NCBI GenBank assembly: GCA_001244265.2
Contig: CDLV01000018.1
Span: 372,001 to 436,000, forward strand
From: Microbotryum violaceum
Lineage: Eukaryota
Direction of reading: 5' to 3'
Length of the DNA: 64,000 nucleotides
The notes beneath the pieces are model-generated. The model saw nothing but the letters and a program-made list of their open reading frames with translations, had not been told where the DNA came from and made no database searches. Positions 61,878 to 64,000 of the stretch are shown piece after piece (positions within the stretch are counted from its first letter, which is position 1; each line of letters opens with the position of its first letter). Made by a program: the position numbers and the translations under genes.

Positions 61878-62902
61878 ATGTGGCCATTCACATCCAACGC
61901 TGAACCGTCCACCAGCAGCGAACCTATCCCCGAATCAGCCTGCCCAGTTGACCGCTCGACCCGATCGGCCTGGGTCAAGGAAGCGCAACAACACGAGAAG
62001 CGGGCGCAGACTGCACCTTCACGACCACCAACATCTCAGCAGTTGAGCACTGAACGAGAAGTGTCGTCGATCCCTAGGTGGTTACCGAATCAAAGCACTC
62101 CCTCCCCATCGACGCCAACACCATCCTCCACCTCCTCGGAAGCGGACCCCACCCTTCCCCCCTCTGCCTGTCCCGCTCATTCCACTTCCGTAACAGCCAA
62201 ACCCACCTCAGACTCGACCTCTCCCACAACCCAAACCGAGAACTGGGTCTACCCCTCCCCCTCCTCCTTCTACTCCGCTCTTCAACGCAAAGCCCGCCCC
62301 GCGAACGCCAGTGACATGCCGATCGTCGTCCCCATCCATAACGCCGTCAATGAGAAAGTATGGCAGGACGTATTGGATTGGGAACGATTAGCTTTGGGTA
62401 AAGCGAACGGAGAAGAGGTGGGGAGCAAGTTGGTCAGTTTTGTGGGGAAGCCAAAGGATTTGAGTCCGAGGGCGAGGTGGAAGAGTTTGATTGGGTCAGT
62501 TGGGGTTGGTACCTTCGCAAAGGGTTCATCCTGGAACTGCGGAGCTGATACTCGTCTATTATGCCTACCAGCTACACCCCGCCATTCGATCGCCACGACT
62601 GGATTGTCGATAGACCCCTACCCCCCACACCCGAAAACCCTTCCCCCGGTTCAATCCGCGTACGTTACGTTATCGATTTTTACTCTGGCCGAGGCGCATC
62701 CCTCCTCGAGGGTGGTTCATCATCGGCAAAGTCAAGAACGGACATGTTCACGCGCCCGTCATTGGCCTTCTTTATTGATTGTCGACCGGCTTTGGATGGG
62801 TGGGAAGGCGTGAGGATGAGGATCGATAAAGTGCGGGAGAACTGGTTGGGTAGTTCGAGGAAGGCTACGACTGTAGAGGGCAAAGGGGATGGAGCATCGT
62901 GA
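61878..62902 (+). CDS. CYT2: Holocytochrome c/c1 synthase (heme lyase), likely the c1 type
   Basis: CPV/CPA heme-regulatory motifs, REVSSIPR, WVYPS, VVPIHNAVNE, SPRAR, one intron (about 62494-62571), then PFDRHDWIVDR, RYVIDFY and DCRPALD. Confidence 0.9.
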
Positions 62903-63068
62903 TAGTCGTCGTGACAGCATCGGACCGTCCTTTTCGCAAGATAACAACATCCCCCGCATTTCGCATACACAATCATCTCGCGCGTGGTTCTCGGAGCGGA
63001 AAGCTCGGATTCGAAACCAGATTCATTTCCATCGGCAGCTATTGCATTACGTTTAAGCTGTCCAACGA

Positions 63069-63800
63069 TCAGAGCTTGTTCTTGATCTCCTCGCAGTAAG
63101 CTTTCAGTTCGGCCATGTCGGCCGGTTTGGTCGGCCAACCGACGACAAGACCTTGTTCGTCCGAAGCCGACGGCTTGGGGATCACTGCAGAATCGGGACG
63201 AACTTTCGCTTCAGGGCCATCGTTCATTCACACAAGTGGGGCTTGGCAGAAAATTGGTACTGACTGTGGAAATGGACGTGCTGTATGAGTTGAAATATGT
63301 GCGAATAGAGAAGGAGAGAGAGTTCAGTGCCTTGCTTTCTCTAACGAAGAATTCCGGCGCCTCCATCAAACCTACATCAACTTGTTGGTGTGCGTTCCTC
63401 CCGTTGTTCTATTGAAGCCGAAATCGTCCAACACGGCCATCAGTTTGATGCAATCGACACAAGATAGACATTTCTCAAAACCAAACACACGCACCTGAAG
63501 GACATTATAATCCTCCGAGCCGACAGCGATGGCGATCTTCTTGACGAGCGGCAACAAGGTCGTCAGATCCTCGTCGGGGATGTCGTGCAATTTGGCGCCG
63601 TGGTCTACAGAACAATCCGAAGCATTAGTTCATGTCGTGGGTCCATCTCATTGGGGAATTCCAGGGCTTGGCTCCCGAGTTCCTCGAATACTCTGAAAGC
63701 GGAAAGCAGTCATCGAGCCATCGTAGGTGGGGTACCTACATTTAGGAATGACAAGCGCATGTCCCTTGGCCAGCGGACCAATATCGAAGAACGCATACCT
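63069..63800 (-). CDS. HNT1: HIT-family nucleotide hydrolase (Hnt1/HINT), 5' exons not resolved
   Basis: AFFDIGPLAKGHALVIPK / LHDIPDEDL..LLPLVKKIA...YNVLQ / NNGRNAHQQVD / HVHFH / IPKP...GLVVGWP. Stop at 63069. Confidence 0.9.
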
Positions 63801-64000
63801 AGAAGCAACACGCATGTAAAACTCGAGGTGGGTGAGCCTTGTTGGTTCAGAGTGTGTGGGGGACATCCATCTTGACCACCCAGATCATGCCATGCCCACC
63901 TCACCACGAGCCTCACCGCCTAGACTCGCTCGTTCCTGTGCTTCCTCCTTGCTTCGTATCACTCACGCTCGATCGGTATCGATCAATTTGAACGAAGGGA

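Overview
This is gene-dense fungal nuclear DNA with short GT-AG introns and CTRAC branch points. The protein families suggest a basidiomycete, probably a Pucciniomycotina/Microbotryomycetes-type yeast (inference). About 20 conserved genes can be reconstructed: a G-patch 3' end, SAC3/GANP, a HAC1/XBP1-type bZIP, a second bZIP, a WW protein, a ZRG17-like CDF zinc transporter, a bHLH factor, verprolin, CipC, a GPI-type Cys-rich protein, L-rhamnose mutarotase, a WDR7-like protein, an MSB2-type mucin, a ZNF511-like zinc finger, Aurora kinase, a family III CoA-transferase, a cytochrome c/c1 heme lyase and a HIT/HNT1 gene. Four things stand out. (1) The first bZIP gene has an Ire1-type twin-hairpin 23-nt unconventional intron (13587-13609) with a non-consensus 5' loop; its removal shifts the frame into an acidic C-terminus. 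(2) An accessory island at about 30-35.9 kb holds three tandem paralogs of a small secreted 8-Cys protein missed by the ORF track: one intact, one 5'-deleted and one frameshifted, with coding differences that are all amino-acid-changing. (3) The same island carries a mitochondrial-type tRNA-Leu(TAG) in an AT-rich patch. (4) An unexplained helix-rich non-coding stretch lies at about 54.5-55.3 kb. All exon boundaries were read by eye and no database searches were run.
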